IMG/VR virus record: IMGVR_UViG_3300021964_000035
From: an uncultured virus (IMG/VR IMGVR_UViG_3300021964_000035)
Lineage: Duplodnaviria > Heunggongvirae > Uroviricota > Caudoviricetes
Direction: 5' to 3' (one strand)
DNA length: 64,000 nucleotides
Shown here piece after piece: positions 38,968 to 48,879 of this stretch (positions are counted from its first letter, which is position 1; each line of letters starts with the position of its first letter). The position numbers and the translations under genes are program-made. Under the pieces are notes generated by a model. That model made no database searches. It was not told where the DNA came from and saw only the letters and a list, made by a program, of their open reading frames with translations.

Positions 38968-39414
38968 TTAGTGCTTCACAATCTCTTCTGATTTGGAACC
39001 AGACTCTAGCTGCTCATAAATGTCCACAACTTTCCCTACCCAGAATGAAATGTCTGTAGCAATTTTGCCTGCTACATACTCAAGCTCTAGCACATCGAAC
39101 ACTACGTTACGCTCAACCTCTTCTTGCTCGCAACCGTAACCCTCAACGAAGTAACCGGTTGAGTTAAAGGAGACTATGTAGTACGTTCCGTCTTCATCAG
39201 TTTTGTGAAGCGCAAATCGCTGCGTGTTTCTATCGAACTCAAGTAGCGCACCTCGATAGTTCAGCTCGCTTTCGTCGCAAGAGATCGGCGAGCTCTTATT
39301 TATAGGCAGGCTCATCCACACGCAGCTCTGCACCCACTCGAACAAGTAATCGAAACTCGACGTCCACTCAAACCTTTCATTGATCCGACGGATGGGGTCG
39401 ATTGCAGACTGCAT
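38968..39414 (-). CDS. Hypothetical protein
   Basis: Likely start MQSAIDP. Confidence 0.55.
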   Translation of the reverse strand: MQSAIDPIRRINERFEWTSSFDYLFEWVQSCVWMSLPINKSSPISCDESELNYRGALLEFDRNTQRFALHKTDEDGTYYIVSFNSTGYFVEGYGCEQEEVERNVVFDVLELEYVAGKIATDISFWVGKVVDIYEQLESGSKSEEIVKH

Positions 39415-39482
39415 GAGTGTTTTACAGACGAGTTTTTTATAGCTCGTTAATGACCTGCTGTCCCGTGCTGGTGAGCACAGTT

Positions 39483-41030
39483 TCACCTTATGCAACGCTG
39501 AATGCAATCAATGCTCTCAGCTGTCTTGGTCAAGTCCACAGTGTGGACTTCGTCGCTGAACCGATTCAGAATTGGACCTGCGTCGGTCTCAATGCAGATC
39601 GTCGACCACATCGCACCGGTTCTTTCTTTCATCGCGTTGATGTTCCTGATCGTGTGATCGTGCACTTCACTGTGCCCGTCCGTGATCATCAGAATGTCGG
39701 TCTTGTCGGTGATCTTGGCCGAGGTGACTGCGTGCGCCAGTACAGCGTTGAAAGACGTACCACCTCCGAGGTGCCACGTAGCCACAAAGTCCAGCAACTC
39801 ATTGTTGTCAGTCCGCGTGGCATCCAAGCTCACTGAATCCGTAATCCGGACGTCAAACAAATGAATCTGCACACCTCGCTTCTGCTTCAAGGCCTCCTCA
39901 GCAATGAGAAGTGCAATCGCTTTGCTCCAGATTTCAGTCTCGCCCGTCATCGAGCCGGAGACATCGATGTACATGACGATCGGTCCCTTACCGAGATCCT
40001 TTCGATGCGCCTCGTAGTCTTTGGTCAGCAGGCTTCTCTGGCTGTACTTCAGGGCGAAGAGAGCGCGTCCCTGAGGCGTGGCAGCTAACGCCAGCTCATT
40101 GGGGAAAGCTTTGACCACTTCATTACTAAAGGCAGCGCCTGCAATTGCTTCGTAGCTGGCCTTTGCTCGGCGAGCTTTCTTTCGCTCTGTCCAGATCCGC
40201 CGCAAGAAACCAAGACGGTTGGCGATTGCCCTCAGCTTCTTGTTTTGGCGAAGGCGTTTTGCCAACTCACGTTTCTGATTGAGATCGTTTGTGTGCTTGC
40301 CTGTCCCAGCATCGGAGCCGTGAAGCTTGCTGATCCCTTCGTTAGTTTGCTCGGTTTCTTCCTTGGCTTTGTCGACAATCTCATCTATACGGCTGGAGAT
40401 CCTTTCACCAGCTTCCATAAGGTGCTGCTCCATGACAGCGCCAAGCTTCTTGCCCTCTTCTCGCAGCACTGCTGCAGCGCCGTCATCACCAGCGTCCTTC
40501 GCTTCTTGAAACTCCTGACGGATCTTTTCCAGCTTGTCTTTGTTGCTGCTGAGCATCGAGGGTGCCAGCTGCTCCAGGTCCTCGATCAATTCCTCAAGAA
40601 CCTCGGACAGCTCGTTCAGGATGTTTACAGCAGTGTTTCCAGCGTTCCACTGATCGCCGACGCAAAGCATCATCAAGTCGTGCCACGCTGCTGAATTGGT
40701 CAGGTCGTCCATCAGCCCGTACCAGAACGAATCTTCAGGTTTGTAGCCGCGTGGATACACAACCTTTTCCCCGTTCTGTTTTGCTCTGAAATACTCTTCC
40801 CAAGCATTCAGATCGATAAGCCAGCTGACGTTGTCGCCTGAGTAAAGACGCTCGAAAACTTCTTTCCCAAAGCGTGACAACTGGTTGATGTTGTACTGAT
40901 CGGCTAGGTAGCTGACCTGGGGCCTTGCGTCTCGAACAAAGTCGTCCCAAAGAAAATCTGCAAGTGCAGAGCAAGCCAGCGTCAAAGGCTGGTTGTCACT
41001 CAGCCTCAGGATCTCCTGTCGTTTGTCCAT
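39483..41030 (-). CDS. VWA-domain protein (ViaA-like)
   Basis: KGPIVMYIDVSGSM MIDAS; GGGTSF; MITDG. Confidence 0.88.
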   Translation of the reverse strand: MDKRQEILRLSDNQPLTLACSALADFLWDDFVRDARPQVSYLADQYNINQLSRFGKEVFERLYSGDNVSWLIDLNAWEEYFRAKQNGEKVVYPRGYKPEDSFWYGLMDDLTNSAAWHDLMMLCVGDQWNAGNTAVNILNELSEVLEELIEDLEQLAPSMLSSNKDKLEKIRQEFQEAKDAGDDGAAAVLREEGKKLGAVMEQHLMEAGERISSRIDEIVDKAKEETEQTNEGISKLHGSDAGTGKHTNDLNQKRELAKRLRQNKKLRAIANRLGFLRRIWTERKKARRAKASYEAIAGAAFSNEVVKAFPNELALAATPQGRALFALKYSQRSLLTKDYEAHRKDLGKGPIVMYIDVSGSMTGETEIWSKAIALLIAEEALKQKRGVQIHLFDVRITDSVSLDATRTDNNELLDFVATWHLGGGTSFNAVLAHAVTSAKITDKTDILMITDGHSEVHDHTIRNINAMKERTGAMWSTICIETDAGPILNRFSDEVHTVDLTKTAESIDCIQRCIR

Positions 41031-42214
41031 TAGTTTGAGATTTCGGCGATTGTGTGGGCGATTGTTTCGCTGAACTTTTCGAGCTGCCTGTTTAGCTGCA
41101 CGCCTTTTTGTCGGACTGCGATTGACATCTTGTAACGGTCGCCATCCAGTGCATCATTGACCTTCTTCTGGATGCTCAAGATGTCATTGCGAGCACGGCG
41201 ACACTGGGTGACGTAGTCGTTCAGGTCAGCCAGGGAGCGACCGCTGAGCTTTGTTGCGTTGGCCTGGAACTCAGTCATGATTCCAGAGGCAGCCCGCTTT
41301 GCATCGGCAAAGTATTTTTCAGCCGTGGGGCATACCTGCATCAAGCACTCTTTAATAGTGGCTTGATCTTCGTCGTTACGGTAAACAATGTGCACCAGTG
41401 AGTTGTGCATGTGTTCGCCATAGAGTTCTTCGTCGCCTTGGACAACTGCCCAAGCTTTGAGGAACTTGATGATCTGAACTCGCCGGCGGTCACTGATAGT
41501 CAGGCCTCGTGCTTCGAGCATTGACCAGAGCTCGCCGAACTTATCCAGGAAGTCATCGGTGACAGGCAGCGTTGCTGCTTTTGCCTGCAGCTCGAACAGA
41601 TCGCCAAGCTTTAAGTGCACACCGACGTCGGGTCTTTGCTGGATGCCTGCAGCCCAGAGATCAAGCGTGCGCTTACTGGCGCTCATCGCCAGGAACCGAA
41701 CAGTTGGGCGGAACAGGAAACGATCGGCGAAAGCTTGGAGTGATTCCTCCTCAGGCCAGCTGTTTGTGGCAGCGACGATCGACTGGATCGGCGTCTCGAT
41801 TGTTTCTTTGCCGTTGTTGAACGTGCGCTCGTTCAGAAGGGTGAGCAGTGAATTCAGGATCGCGGAAGAGCCACGAAACAGTTCGTCAGTGAACGCGATG
41901 TGCGCAGAGGGAAGGTAGCCATCGACGTCACGTTGGTACTCGTCCTTGAGGAGCTTCGTGACAGCTACAGGACCGAAGAGTTCGCTTGGGTCGCTGGTTG
42001 GCGTGAGGAGGTAGCCGAAGTAGTTGGCGCCGTCGATGCCCTTGCAAATGCTCCGGACCAGATCTGACTTACCAGTGCCGGGCTCGCCCAGTAGGAAAGC
42101 GTTTTGCTTTGAGAGCAGCGTGGCAAGCAGACCGTCGATAACATCGACGCGCTCGAGGTGCGCAGTGTTGAGAGCAGCTCGGAAGTTCTGAAGTGATTTG
42201 AAAAGATCAGTCAT
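41030..42214 (-). CDS. MoxR-family AAA+ ATPase (RavA-like)
   Basis: GEPGTGKS; PSELFGP; GYLP; FTDELF; ILNSLLTLLNER; AFADRF; ISDRR. Confidence 0.9.
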   Translation of the reverse strand: MTDLFKSLQNFRAALNTAHLERVDVIDGLLATLLSKQNAFLLGEPGTGKSDLVRSICKGIDGANYFGYLLTPTSDPSELFGPVAVTKLLKDEYQRDVDGYLPSAHIAFTDELFRGSSAILNSLLTLLNERTFNNGKETIETPIQSIVAATNSWPEEESLQAFADRFLFRPTVRFLAMSASKRTLDLWAAGIQQRPDVGVHLKLGDLFELQAKAATLPVTDDFLDKFGELWSMLEARGLTISDRRRVQIIKFLKAWAVVQGDEELYGEHMHNSLVHIVYRNDEDQATIKECLMQVCPTAEKYFADAKRAASGIMTEFQANATKLSGRSLADLNDYVTQCRRARNDILSIQKKVNDALDGDRYKMSIAVRQKGVQLNRQLEKFSETIAHTIAEISN

Positions 42215-42226
42215 GTCGGTGAGTTG

Positions 42227-43408
42227 TTAGAAATCGACCTCGTCGATGGTTTGTACTTCCTCGATCATCTGAGGAAGGCTGCGGTCGCCCGCGTCAATGA
42301 GCTCGCGCCTGACAGCAATAAGCTTTGTCAGTTGCTTGCTGCGTTGCTGGTAGATGCTCTGCTCTACCTCAGCTAGCTGGGACAACTCTTGGAGTTCGTC
42401 CAGCGCCTCTGCGTTCTTGATTTTGTCGCAGAGATCTTTGAACTGGCTCGACAGTGTCAGGGATTTTTGCAGAGCTTCAAGTCCTTTGGAGTCGTCCCGT
42501 TGTTGGACGATTGACTGAAGCTCGCTCCGGATCTCGAGGCCCACTTCCTGGAATGTTTTGGCGCCGTGGTCACGGACCTTGCGATCCGTTGACTGGATGT
42601 GGTGACCTGCTTCTAGGAGCTTGTCAGCCAAGCTGCTGAGCTTTTGGAAGCCAGGCACTGAGTCACTGATCAGTCGCAACCGGTCTGCGGTGAGCTCCCA
42701 GGAGCCACGCTTGACGCCGCCTCCGACTTGAGCACGTCCGACCTTGGTGACATTGCGAACGTCAAGATCATCCAGAAGTTCCGCTCCGATTTGCAGAGCG
42801 CGATCGGCAGCTCCCTCGCGAGCAGCCTCGATGACCTCTTTCGTATTGATGTAACACTCAGCCGAGATAACTCCTTCGATGTCGTCTTCAGCAGGGTTCT
42901 CCACCGGTGTCATGGAAACGGGAAGCGGCCCGACAACGGCGACTCGGATGGGTTCCTTGTACGACTTGCGATCGGGGAACACCTTGAGGTATGCCTCCTT
43001 GGCCAGTCGGTACTCCTCTTCATCTGAGAACAAAGGCCGGAGCATGTTCTCGACGGTCAGGCACCAGTGCCGGAACTCGTTATCCCAGAGAGAAGCGAGG
43101 CGTTCGTTTGCCTCCTCAGCTCGCTGCTTGATCTCTCTGATCCGAGCCTGGGCTTCTCTGAAGTAGCCAGCCGTCACGAAGTGCGAGTCGCCGAAGTTGA
43201 TGGTGCACTCGTCGTACATCTCACGCTGCATTGCGCGAAGTTGGTCGAGCTCGTTCTTCAGAGAGTTAGACAGCTGCGGTCGGAGCGTGCCTGTGCTCTG
43301 GGATTTCAGATGGTCGATCGTCTGAGCAGGAAGCTTCAGGTCGTCGAACTTGATGCCCACGGTTTGGCGGATGCGTGAGCTGATGCTGCAGGTGATCAGG
43401 TAGTTCAT
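42227..43408 (-). CDS. DUF3150-like helical protein
   Basis: True start MNYLIT (ATGA overlap); FGDSHFV...IREIK...WDNEFRHW; upstream of AAA/VWA pair. Confidence 0.6.
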   Translation of the reverse strand: MNYLITCSISSRIRQTVGIKFDDLKLPAQTIDHLKSQSTGTLRPQLSNSLKNELDQLRAMQREMYDECTINFGDSHFVTAGYFREAQARIREIKQRAEEANERLASLWDNEFRHWCLTVENMLRPLFSDEEEYRLAKEAYLKVFPDRKSYKEPIRVAVVGPLPVSMTPVENPAEDDIEGVISAECYINTKEVIEAAREGAADRALQIGAELLDDLDVRNVTKVGRAQVGGGVKRGSWELTADRLRLISDSVPGFQKLSSLADKLLEAGHHIQSTDRKVRDHGAKTFQEVGLEIRSELQSIVQQRDDSKGLEALQKSLTLSSQFKDLCDKIKNAEALDELQELSQLAEVEQSIYQQRSKQLTKLIAVRRELIDAGDRSLPQMIEEVQTIDEVDF

Positions 43409-43833
43409 TTGATGCGAGTGAAGGCGAGGCTGACTTTGTTCGTGGTGAAATCGATCTTGTTGTCGAGTGCCAGGCTGTCGATCAACTGCTTGCGCTCGAG
43501 CTTTGCTTTCTTGAGCTTGCGCTCCAGCTCGGCGATCTTGTCGTCCATCTTCAGCAGCTTCTCGTGCTCGGTCGGCAGCTTCGTGACCTTGACGACGATG
43601 TTGGTTCGGAACTCCTCGTATCTGAAGAGGCTGCTTTTGCCGCTGAACACGCTGAGATCCATGCCCATGCGGCACGCAGCGATGTTGACGTCGTCCGAAA
43701 GGTTCTGTCGCGCTGCCTCGAAGGCAACACCGAAACCCTCGTTGAGCTGGGCGAGCGCGGTGTCGCACTCGTCGTAGGTCTCAGCCGCGTGGCGACCGAG
43801 CTGGACCAGGGAGTTCTGAGTGATCTTGGCCAT
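43405..43833 (-). CDS. Hypothetical coiled-coil protein, first gene of the operon
   Basis: Directly after a sigma70 promoter. Confidence 0.7.
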   Translation of the reverse strand: MAKITQNSLVQLGRHAAETYDECDTALAQLNEGFGVAFEAARQNLSDDVNIAACRMGMDLSVFSGKSSLFRYEEFRTNIVVKVTKLPTEHEKLLKMDDKIAELERKLKKAKLERKQLIDSLALDNKIDFTTNKVSLAFTRIK

Positions 43834-43871
43834 GATGGTTTGATTTGATGTGGCGTGAAGCCGTGCTCAGG

Positions 43872-43900
43872 AATGTAGAGGTTTCAAGGTGGTCTGTCAA
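43872..43900 (-). promoter_or_regulatory. Near-consensus sigma70 promoter
   Basis: TTGACA-17 bp-TACATT on the minus strand. Confidence 0.85.
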
Positions 43901-43999
43901 GCATGCAGCTCATGGTTGGGGTAGCAAGGTCGTCATTTTGATAAATAAAATCTTTAATCGTTTAGACTTTGTTTACATAAATTGCGTTCTTTTAAAACT

Positions 44000-44029
44000 A
44001 AAAAGACCACCTTATTACTCAGTGGTCTT
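44000..44029 (-). terminator. Intrinsic terminator
   Basis: GACCAC/GTGGTC stem followed by T5 on the minus strand. Confidence 0.7.
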
Positions 44030-44036
44030 CTGTATT

Positions 44037-44246
44037 CTATAGACGTTTCAGAGTAATCGAGCTCACTAGCTCACCAGATTCCTTCTGGATCTCGCACACG
44101 ACGTCGATCTCCGTCTGTCCCGCCCAGACCGTGTTGTTGTGCTCCGCGCATAGGTTGGCGTGCTTCTGTGCGTTAGCGATTACATCATCATCTTCCTCTA
44201 TCGGTATGTCAAAAGAGATAGATGTGACAAGCCAGTGTAGTGCCAT
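44037..44246 (-). CDS. Small hypothetical protein
   Basis: ISFDIP...VWAG resembles 46594 ORF (ITFDFD...FWEA). Confidence 0.55.
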   Translation of the reverse strand: MALHWLVTSISFDIPIEEDDDVIANAQKHANLCAEHNNTVWAGQTEIDVVCEIQKESGELVSSITLKRL

Positions 44247-44307
44247 CGCTAGCAATCTTTGATGCCAGCATAGCGAGAGACGGCTTTACTTATTTGCGCT
44301 TAAGTAA

Positions 44308-44484
44308 TCAGTCTTCGTCATCGTCAACCCAGTCAATGCCTGGGATCCGAGCGATGTAAAACCAATTTTCAGGGCATGCAGCTTTGAACTCGTTGCAGAG
44401 TTTCGCCGCTTCCTTGAGGTTGGTAGCTTTGGCGACCGTGGCAGTCTTGAGGTCAGGTGTTCGACACTTGACGTAAGCAGGCAT
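44308..44484 (-). CDS. 58-aa hypothetical (not in ORF track)
   Basis: MPAYVKCRTP...WVDDDED, translated by hand. Confidence 0.5.
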   Translation of the reverse strand: MPAYVKCRTPDLKTATVAKATNLKEAAKLCNEFKAACPENWFYIARIPGIDWVDDDED

Positions 44485-44577
44485 GGTTCTGGATTGGAAT
44501 CGTGAGACTAAGTAACGTTGTGAGCGTGAGCACTAGAGTGCCCGTAGGATGCTCCCATCAAAACAACATCAGATCAA

Positions 44578-45084
44578 GTGCCCAACCAATACAAGAAGGA
44601 CACTGCAACCCATCTCTACGAAGCGATGCGCAAGCTTTGGTGCATCGACTGGACAAAGCCTAGCGGTGTTGCCTTCGCACGAGGGACGGGCGGCCATGTG
44701 CCAGGAGATCCTGCTGGTTACAGGGACTCGAGCCTGGGAGGCTTCGCCTTCACTTTTAACAAGCGAGCCTATGAAGGGTTTCGGATTCTCGTCTATCTAT
44801 TGCAAGACGTAGACGTAGACGGCCGGAGCATCGTGCCGCTGAGTGAGTACAGCTTTTGGGACATCGACCCGACGCGCTCACCTTTTCGCGTCAACACCAC
44901 CACTGGTTATCGCGGAGTCTTTTGGGACTCTTCCCAGAAGCGGTACAAAGCGCTGCTAAGCATTCGGCCCAAGCGGCTGCTGATCAAGACAAGCAAGTGC
45001 CCGATCGAGTGCGCTCGTGCGTTTAACGAGGCAGCGCTCCAGCACTACGGAGATGAAGCGATCTTGAACGAGATCCCTGCGTAG
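44578..45084 (+). CDS. AP2-domain protein, homing endonuclease-derived
   Basis: NTTTGYRGVFW..KRYKA..CARAFNEAA..YGDEAILN; no intact HNH motif. Confidence 0.7.
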   Translation: MPNQYKKDTATHLYEAMRKLWCIDWTKPSGVAFARGTGGHVPGDPAGYRDSSLGGFAFTFNKRAYEGFRILVYLLQDVDVDGRSIVPLSEYSFWDIDPTRSPFRVNTTTGYRGVFWDSSQKRYKALLSIRPKRLLIKTSKCPIECARAFNEAALQHYGDEAILNEIPA

Positions 45085-45106
45085 ACTTGAGAAAAGGGAT
45101 CGACCG

Positions 45107-45298
45107 ATGCGCTTTGCTGGAATGATGATGGGCGCCCAGGACAACGCCCAGCTGGCCTACTCGCCGCAAGAGAAAGCAGAGGACAAGATGCTGCTCCGTT
45201 CTCTGCAACGAGGTGAGATGGGGTCAGGCCCTGCGATCGACAAGGCCATCCAAGACATCATCAATCGAATCAACGGCGTAGGTGTTCGGGGCGTTTAA
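45107..45298 (+). CDS. Small protein starting MRFAG
   Basis: TAGACT box at 45082; inserted against the early-array orientation. Confidence 0.55.
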   Translation: MRFAGMMMGAQDNAQLAYSPQEKAEDKMLLRSLQRGEMGSGPAIDKAIQDIINRINGVGVRGV

Positions 45299-45339
45299 TC
45301 GCACCCATACCCGCGTGGCAAACAAGCAAAGCCACAGGT

Positions 45340-46976
45340 TTAACTAAGCTCGTTTGTAGGAAGGCAAGCGTAGGTCTCACCGAAAAATGTACGGTGCTGA
45401 ATCAGCGTGTGCTTCTGAGTTCCCTCGAGGATGTAAGCCTTCCGTGCTTCGTAGCACTTGTCTTGCTGGTTGAAGTTGTTGGCAGTGTGCACGGCTAAGC
45501 CAAGCCCAAGCGCCGTGGACAAGCCGAGAGCAAAGGGAAGGAAGTTGTTCATGGCAGTAGGAAGTCAGTGTGCTCTGGTGAGATGGCTGGAGCTTGCCAG
45601 CCTTCTTGCTTAGCTTGATCGTTCAAAACCTCGGCGATCTGTAGCAGCTGCTTGGGAGGGAGCTCAGCGAGCACTGCACTTAGCACCCGCGTGGGACCGT
45701 ACTGATCAGCTAGCGACAGGATCCCCCACCGGGCTTGGGCTTGTGAGTGGTTGACCGGCACTGTGTTTCATCTTGAGTTCAAAGAGAGCCTCTTGAGATT
45801 CGCGCTCACGTTCAACGAGGCGCGTCCTGCCGGGCTGCGGCTTCCATGCTGACAGTCTGATCAGTCGATCGGAGCTGCAACGGAAAGCGTCGCGAGCCCA
45901 GGCATGACAGGGGCCGGTAGTCATCATCGGTTTTGATGTGAAACAAGCGTAGGTAGCCGAGAACCGTTGCGACACGGTGCTTTTACCTATCTATAGATAA
46001 GGCCACTGGCGCACCAATTCGGCCAGGTCAGGGATGAGCACCTCTTTAATCGCCGTGGCGATCGAGTTAGTGTCCTCCCCGATGCCAGCCACCGACACAG
46101 ACTCGAGCATCACCTGATGCGAGTCGATCACAGACAAGGCCGGACCCATCAGATCAGCTGAGACGATCAGCTTGTAGTCGCCCTCTTCTATGTAAAAGTC
46201 AGCGGCGAGCTCAAGCCGCAGGCTGTAGTTGTCAGCCAGCTGCGCCCCATTGTTCTTGGCGACCTCCTCGGGATCAAGGTGATGGAGCAGCCCGACAAGA
46301 TGCGAGCTGATCGCCTCACGGATCTGTTTTGTGATGTCGTCAGTCGGCATCGATGAACCCCTTCATCTCTTCAATGCTGTCGTCGATAGCTTTAAGGATG
46401 CGTGGGTAGTTGTCCAGATCCTTAACGATCTCGATAGCTTCCAGCATGTCGCAATCGCGTACCTTGCCCAGTTCGCCGGTCATCATCACGTCGGTGGGCA
46501 GCGTTAGGAAGGACGTTACGGGCGTGTCTTTCCCGTACTTGTGCATCAGGAAGTCAACGTAGGTGTGCAGTTCTTGGAGGGTTCCGTACATGATCAGGCT
46601 TGGAAAAGGGGGTAGTAGTCGATTGTTTTGATGCACCAGCCGATCTCGTTTGAGATCTGGTCGATGAGGTCGTCACCGTCCTCGGCTTCCCAAAAGGTTC
46701 CGATCGTTTCGTCGATCAGTTCCTGCTGTTGGTCAGGGTTAGGTGCATCCAGTTCGTCGAAGTCAAAGGTGATCTCAGTGACGATGTAGTGCATGATCAG
46801 AACGTGACTGTCTGCTTGTCAGATAAAAACGTAAGGTTACGCAGTTGGCAAGCCGCTTGCAGGTCATCGAGTGCCCAATCCCCACCGGGGAACCGGTCAG
46901 TGTCGTTAATCAGCGTGGTCAGCTCAGCGATGTAGGCCCGCGCCATGCGGCGGACAAGCTCGCGATCGAGTTCCAT
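45340..46976 (-). other. Tightly packed small early ORFs (45340-45552, 45549-45761, 45991-46350, 46340-46592, 46594-46794, 46797-46976)
   Basis: Abutting or overlapping 59-119 aa ORFs, all on the minus strand. Confidence 0.65.
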
Positions 46977-46979
46977 AGG

Positions 46980-47687
46980 TCAGTCTGCGGTGATGTACTT
47001 GGCGCCAGTGCCGTGCGCTTCCACGAAGATGTCGGTCTTGCCGCCATCGCAGAGTGCACAAGTCAGGCATTGGGCTTTGCTGCCCTCAGCAGTAGCCGGG
47101 CAAAGCTTGCCGCTGTAGGCCTGGCTGCCCTTGGGGATGACGGCGAACGTCTTCCAGCCATGGGCGCTGGCATCCAGATAGTCAGCCAGCCCGTCGCAAG
47201 ATGCTTGAAAAACACCTTTGCACCACTGAGCCCAAGGCCAGCGCCATTGATGGGTGTAACCGGTATGGCCAGCTGCGTGGTCGTTCAGCAGGGCCACCAG
47301 TGTGGGGGAGATAATGGCAGGATCGCCATAGGCACCCCAGCGGATCTTGCGACCCTCAAGATGCTCCGGGCAGAGGTCAGACAGCTGCCCATAAACCCCA
47401 CGCTTGTAGGCCTTCCACACTGACAGGGGAGCCTGTCCCACGTTGACGTAGCAGGACCGGGTGCCATCGAGCTGCTTGCGATGGGGACAGCCACCGCAGA
47501 TCGAGACGTCTTCATGCGTGGCAACCGCTTCCACCGGGTTAATGTCTTCCCGGAGAATCCAGACCTGCAGCATCTTGCCGGTCTTGCGATTGCTGGTCTT
47601 CGTTGTAAGGATCACAACGAAAGGCTTGCCGTCGATTGGAGACTTGCCACGTTGAAGAACGTAGCCGGAGTAAATGTGCTTCTTCAT
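46980..47687 (-). CDS. Cys-rich phage early protein (Gp88/DUF7227-like, possibly Fe-S)
   Basis: SNRKTG; CGGCPH; CYV; RWGAYGDPA; GYTHQW; CP...CLTCALC. Confidence 0.7.
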   Translation of the reverse strand: MKKHIYSGYVLQRGKSPIDGKPFVVILTTKTSNRKTGKMLQVWILREDINPVEAVATHEDVSICGGCPHRKQLDGTRSCYVNVGQAPLSVWKAYKRGVYGQLSDLCPEHLEGRKIRWGAYGDPAIISPTLVALLNDHAAGHTGYTHQWRWPWAQWCKGVFQASCDGLADYLDASAHGWKTFAVIPKGSQAYSGKLCPATAEGSKAQCLTCALCDGGKTDIFVEAHGTGAKYITAD

Positions 47688-47689
47688 GG

Positions 47690-48761
47690 TTAGTCTTCGA
47701 GAAGATGGGGGTAGTAATCTTTAACCTCAGCGATGACTTCTTCGTCGCTGTAGTTCTCCATGCCCGCTGCTATCTGTTCGGCAGCTAGTTGGCAAAGGGC
47801 TTTAATGTCCATGCCATCGACAATCGTCCAGGCGTAATTGTCGATCAGTTGATCACGTTGTTCGGGTGTCATAGTCAGATTCCGATTGACTTCCAGTGTT
47901 CAGAAGGTGTAACTACTTTGTACAGACTTAAAAGGTATTCGTTTGATGTACGCATCGCGCACCACTTATCCTTAGCCTGCTCAAGATCGCGAGCATAAAT
48001 ATCAATGAAGCGGCGAACAGGGCCGCCCTCAGTCCACTCGTGGTAGACAGCTTTAAACCGTTGCATGATCATTTCCTCCGGGAGTGAAGTTCGTCGGCGT
48101 AAGTAAAAGCTTGGTCTTCGTAGTAACCTTCGCGGTCAGGATTAACACCCCGCAGACAAGTAGCAGCCTGGCGACAATCCTTGATCACATACTTAAGCGA
48201 GTAGGTGTCAAGAGTCTTGGCGTGTTCGCGCCACTTAGCGAAGTCTTCGGGTGTTGCGTAATCGGGTCGCATGTTAGTTAAAGAGAGAGTCCCACAGTGC
48301 GTTAATAATGTGCTCACGAACTTCTTCGTGCTTGGTGTCACGAATAGTGCGATAGCAAGCATCACTAAAGTCGATTGATTCGACGTGCTTTAATGCAATG
48401 TCTTCGCGTGACAGTTGCAGTACTTCAGTTTCGAACTTGTTCATTGTTCTCAGTTCCAGTAGTTGCCTAAGTTGAACTCAGCTCGAAAGGAGTCTTCGAG
48501 CATCTCAGCTACGCGAGTTCGCATAGCTTTGGGGAATGTATTGCGCAGGTTCTGGCTCATCGAGCCGTGGCACAGTAGGTAATCCTTAGCGGCAGGCATT
48601 ACCAGATTGCGCTCAATAAAACCGATTGCGGTGTCTACGTTGTAGTCACCCCGTCGGTGGAACTTACTCAGACAAATGCCGATATTGTTGTAGTGTCGGC
48701 CTGAGAAGTTGCGAGCATAAAGATCAAGCTCGCACAAAGCATCTTGGTCAAAAACAGTCAT
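47690..48761 (-). other. Small early ORFs (47690-47872, 47875-48066, 48069-48272, 48274-48444, 48450-48761)
   Basis: Packed minus-strand ORFs with gaps of a few nt. Confidence 0.65.
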
Positions 48762-48879
48762 GAAAAACACCTGTAATTTGATGAAGAGGGAGAGTCCCTC
48801 AGAGAACATAATGCTCAGTGAGAGATTCTGTGAGGGATCATAAATGATCACCTACTAAATGTAGTCAAGGGGACAGTGT

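Noticed and set aside
43409..43768. N-terminal extension of the 513-aa ORF
   Set aside because: Out-of-frame shadow of 43405..43833; ATGA coupling places the real start at 43408.
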